Source of the DNA: Naegleria gruberi
Taxonomy: Eukaryota
Direction: 5' to 3' (one strand)
Assembly (NCBI GenBank): GCA_000004985.1
Contig: GG738931.1
DNA length: 64,000 nt
Shown: positions 61,730 to 64,000 of the stretch, piece after piece
How the letters are laid out: each line of letters starts with the position of its first letter
Position numbering within the stretch: position 1 is the first letter of the stretch
Notes under the pieces: model-generated
Told to the model about the DNA's origin: nothing
The model's database searches: none
The model's input: only the letters and a program-made list of their open reading frames with translations
Made by a program: the position numbers and the translations under genes

Positions 61730-61930
61730 TGTGATATTTAAAGATTAATTCCAAATTTAACTATTCATGTTTTTGTGCCGTTTCCATTTAGGAAGTAACC
61801 AAAAAGTAAATTAACCAAACATTTTCACATCTATTTAAATGTTACCATATTATCACTCCTCTGTACAAATCAATTTCAAAAAATCAAATCCATTTCGAAT
61901 CCACACAAACGAAACTATTTATTCACAAAA

Positions 61931-62263
61931 ATGCAAACCAGAAGTCATGATAAGAACCTCAATCAAGATGAGGAAAATCTCGAAGTTCGTGACATGAAGC
62001 ATGGCTATGTTGCTGGCGATTCATCAGAGACCCTACCAGGTGGTAGAGAGAAGGGACCTCGTGAACACTTTGAAGAAATCTGCCGAGATGAAAACTATGA
62101 AATTGAAAAGCATCATACCAATGTCAGAGGTGACTATACTGTCGTCTTTAAGCACAAGTATGGTGGTAAGGATCAAACTTTCCCTAATATTTCAAGAGAG
62201 AGAATTGAGAATATGCCATCAAGAGTTAAGGATGTCATCTTGAAGAAGAAGTCAATCTATTAA
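61931..62263 (+). CDS. small hypothetical charged protein (110 aa)
   Basis: An ATG after an A-rich leader. The protein is hydrophilic (DEENLEVRDMKHGYVAGDSSETLPGGREKGPREHFEE). There are no motifs. Confidence 0.4.
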   Translation: MQTRSHDKNLNQDEENLEVRDMKHGYVAGDSSETLPGGREKGPREHFEEICRDENYEIEKHHTNVRGDYTVVFKHKYGGKDQTFPNISRERIENMPSRVKDVILKKKSIY

Positions 62264-62475
62264 GGATGTGTATGACAAATCTATCATATGATTAGTTAGA
62301 ATAATATTAAAATCTTTGTATATATAAATTGTAAATAAATAATTCAAATAATTGTGAGAATTTTTTATTCTATAATTTCAAATTTGGAAAGCCAATTTGT
62401 TTTTCAAAATGTTTGATCCATTCCAAACACTGTTAATATCCATATGTCAATTCCTTGAATAATTGGCCTCCTATC

Positions 62476-63162
62476 TTATTCCTTATAAACAGCAATTGCT
62501 TCAATTTCAACTTTGGCCTTCTTTGGTAATCCAGAAGCTGCATAACAAACTCTTGCAGGCTTATTGTCACCAGAGAAATCTGAATCAATGAGAGAGTCAA
62601 TTGATCAATCAAATAGACAATGACAACAACTTACATTCACTGTAAACTTCATTCACAGCTTGGAAATCATTAATATCAGTCAATAAAACAGTTGTTTTCA
62701 CAACATCTTTCAAAGTACAACAAGACAATATATTAAATTTCACACAATTCCAATTCACATATAAAATGTTAATCATTACAAAAAGGTCAACAAAATATTA
62801 CTCACCTCACCATCAATTCCCAAACATCCACTAATATAAAAGTTACCATTTGCCTTCACACCTTGTGAATAAGGTCCAATAGCTCTCGGTGCCTTCTTTG
62901 CACTATTCACATAGACAATGGATGAATCATCAACACCTGAAGTGGAGGAAGAACTCGAAGCAGATGCCAAATTCATCTGACAACTCATGGAAAAGTAACA
63001 CTTCACCTCAGCAGAAGTACTCGTTACCATTGAATTTCCAATCATCATCTCTCCTGGGGCACTACTTGGCAAAACCTTATATGAATGAGGATTCGACCGA
63101 GTGGTGATATTCTTATATTTAGCCAATCGATTGACTTGTTTAGTAGGAACCTTTCTAAACAT
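62476..63162 (-). CDS. RidA/YjgF/UK114-family reactive-intermediate deaminase homolog. It has three exons and a long N-terminal extension.
   Basis: Exon 1 ends at about 62811 (...AKKAPRAIGPYSQGVKANGNFYISGCLGID). Exon 2 spans about 62635..62706 (DVVKTTVLLTDINDFQAVNEVYSE). Exon 3 spans 62476..62579 (YFSGDNKPARVCYAASGLPKKAKVEIEAIAVYKE*). Intron 2 spans 62580..62634 (GTAAGT...ttcAG). Intron 1 spans about 62707..62810 (G|GTGAGG...gaaAG), which is the only frame-consistent solution. Exons 2 and 3 closely resemble human RIDA (VVKTTVLLADINDFNTVNE...FPARAAYQVAALPKGSRIEIEAVA). Confidence 0.7.
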
Positions 63163-64000
63163 TTTCGTTAGTGTGTGTAATTGTTATTGTTTGTTAAAGT
63201 TAGTAAAATTCTTCTCCTCCGAAAGTAGTATGAAAAAATTGCTCAAATTGATTGAATCCCAAATGCAAAAGTTTGATTAGAGAGAGAAGAGGTTGTTGCT
63301 TTCTTTTTTTGTGTTGTTTTGTGAGTGAGCAAATTGATTTGGTTTGCATGGAGGTAAAATTTATCATGTCGGTGAATTTGATTGAATCAAGCAAGGCGCC
63401 AAAACCAATCAAATTGAACACAAATGTGAGGAATTGAGGTTCAAGTGGAGAGACGAATTGCAAGTGGAATCATTGAAGAATTGCACAATGCTTGAATACA
63501 TTCATAGGTATTAATAATATATCTTTCTTAATATCTTTAAAAGTGAATAAGTGAATGGTTCGTTATTGGAAAAAAGTGGTTTCACAAGATCTTGTGAAAA
63601 ATTCCATTTGGAAAGAGTTGTTTATGGTGCGAAAATGTGTGTTGATTCTCAATCTCAAAAAGGAGAAAAATAGATGATCACCACATTGTTTTTGCACATA
63701 GGTATTTGATATAAATTAATAATTTTCTTGATGCTCTCTGCTTCATTACTGAGTGAGGAGGAATTTTTTGTGAAGTGAAATATAATTAGTAAGGATATTT
63801 ACATGGTCTCGTGGTTGGTGTAATGTAAGCACTGGTGGTTAAACGGAGAGGTGGCAATTGGAAGCTAATTGAAAATTCCATTTCCATCATAAAGGCAGTA
63901 TATCCCAAAGGTGGATTCTTGACAACGACACGATAGTTCATTCCTGAGGCATCTAATGGTGTGACTGGGGTGAATGTGAAGGCCTTTCCAATAGTGGTAA

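Noticed and set aside
63200-64000. Looked for an rRNA, snRNA or another tRNA gene, or a gene, in the last 800 bp.
   Set aside because: Only short ORFs (63200..63463, 63252..63437) and no cloverleaf or conserved RNA motifs. This stretch is probably the 5' flank/promoter region of the RidA gene and the window edge.
1-64000. Prokaryotic-style features: Shine-Dalgarno sites, operons, rho-independent terminators and CRISPR arrays.
   Set aside because: Spliceosomal introns, poly-N/Q proteins, the CaaX motif, the F-box motif and a eukaryotic tRNA layout all show this is nuclear eukaryotic DNA. These prokaryotic feature types do not apply.

Overview
This is AT-rich eukaryotic nuclear DNA, not prokaryotic. 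Gene density is high on both strands (about 35 protein genes in 64 kb). Introns are very short (about 48-120 bp), AT-rich, with GTAAGT or GTGAGT donors and AG acceptors. Many proteins carry poly-N/Q/S low-complexity tracts, and 5'UTRs are A-rich. Together this points to a dictyostelid social amoeba that is less AT-extreme than D. discoideum. That placement is inference from composition and gene content.

An important caveat on the ORF track: many of its 'M' starts are alternative codons such as TTG. Several starts below are therefore reassigned to the first in-frame ATG. Coordinates derived by hand may be off by 1.

Function calls I can support:
- Two very large type-I membrane proteins with tandem EGF-module arrays: one NHL-repeat plus EGF protein and one bulb-lectin plus EGF protein.
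- A two-exon membrane-anchored subtilase with an FN3-like domain.
- A three-exon short-chain dehydrogenase/reductase.
- A divergent eEF1A-family GTPase.
- A fusion of an ACSL-like adenylation domain, a carrier domain and a thioester reductase.
- A tandem-CrcB fluoride exporter (FEX).
- A peptidase S41 family protein, truncated by the assembly gap.
- A Sel1-repeat protein.
- A RidA homolog.
- A USP-fold protein lacking both catalytic residues.
- A tRNA-Ala(UGC) gene.
- A 50-nt N-gap at 39370..39419.

The most unusual structures:
- A recently duplicated, inverted pair of three-exon genes, about 95% identical at the nucleotide level and about 35.8 kb apart. Each encodes an F-box-like N-terminus fused to a Ras-like GTPase carrying G12K, G60E and Q61H-type substitutions and a CaaX tail.
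- A 2.7 kb C2H2/CPC-type zinc-finger ORF whose N-terminus resembles the EnSpm/CACTA TNP2 transposase-associated domain. It sits 0.5 kb from the tRNA and ends at the assembly gap.
- A likely pseudo-GTPase.

No CRISPR arrays or prokaryotic operon features are present.
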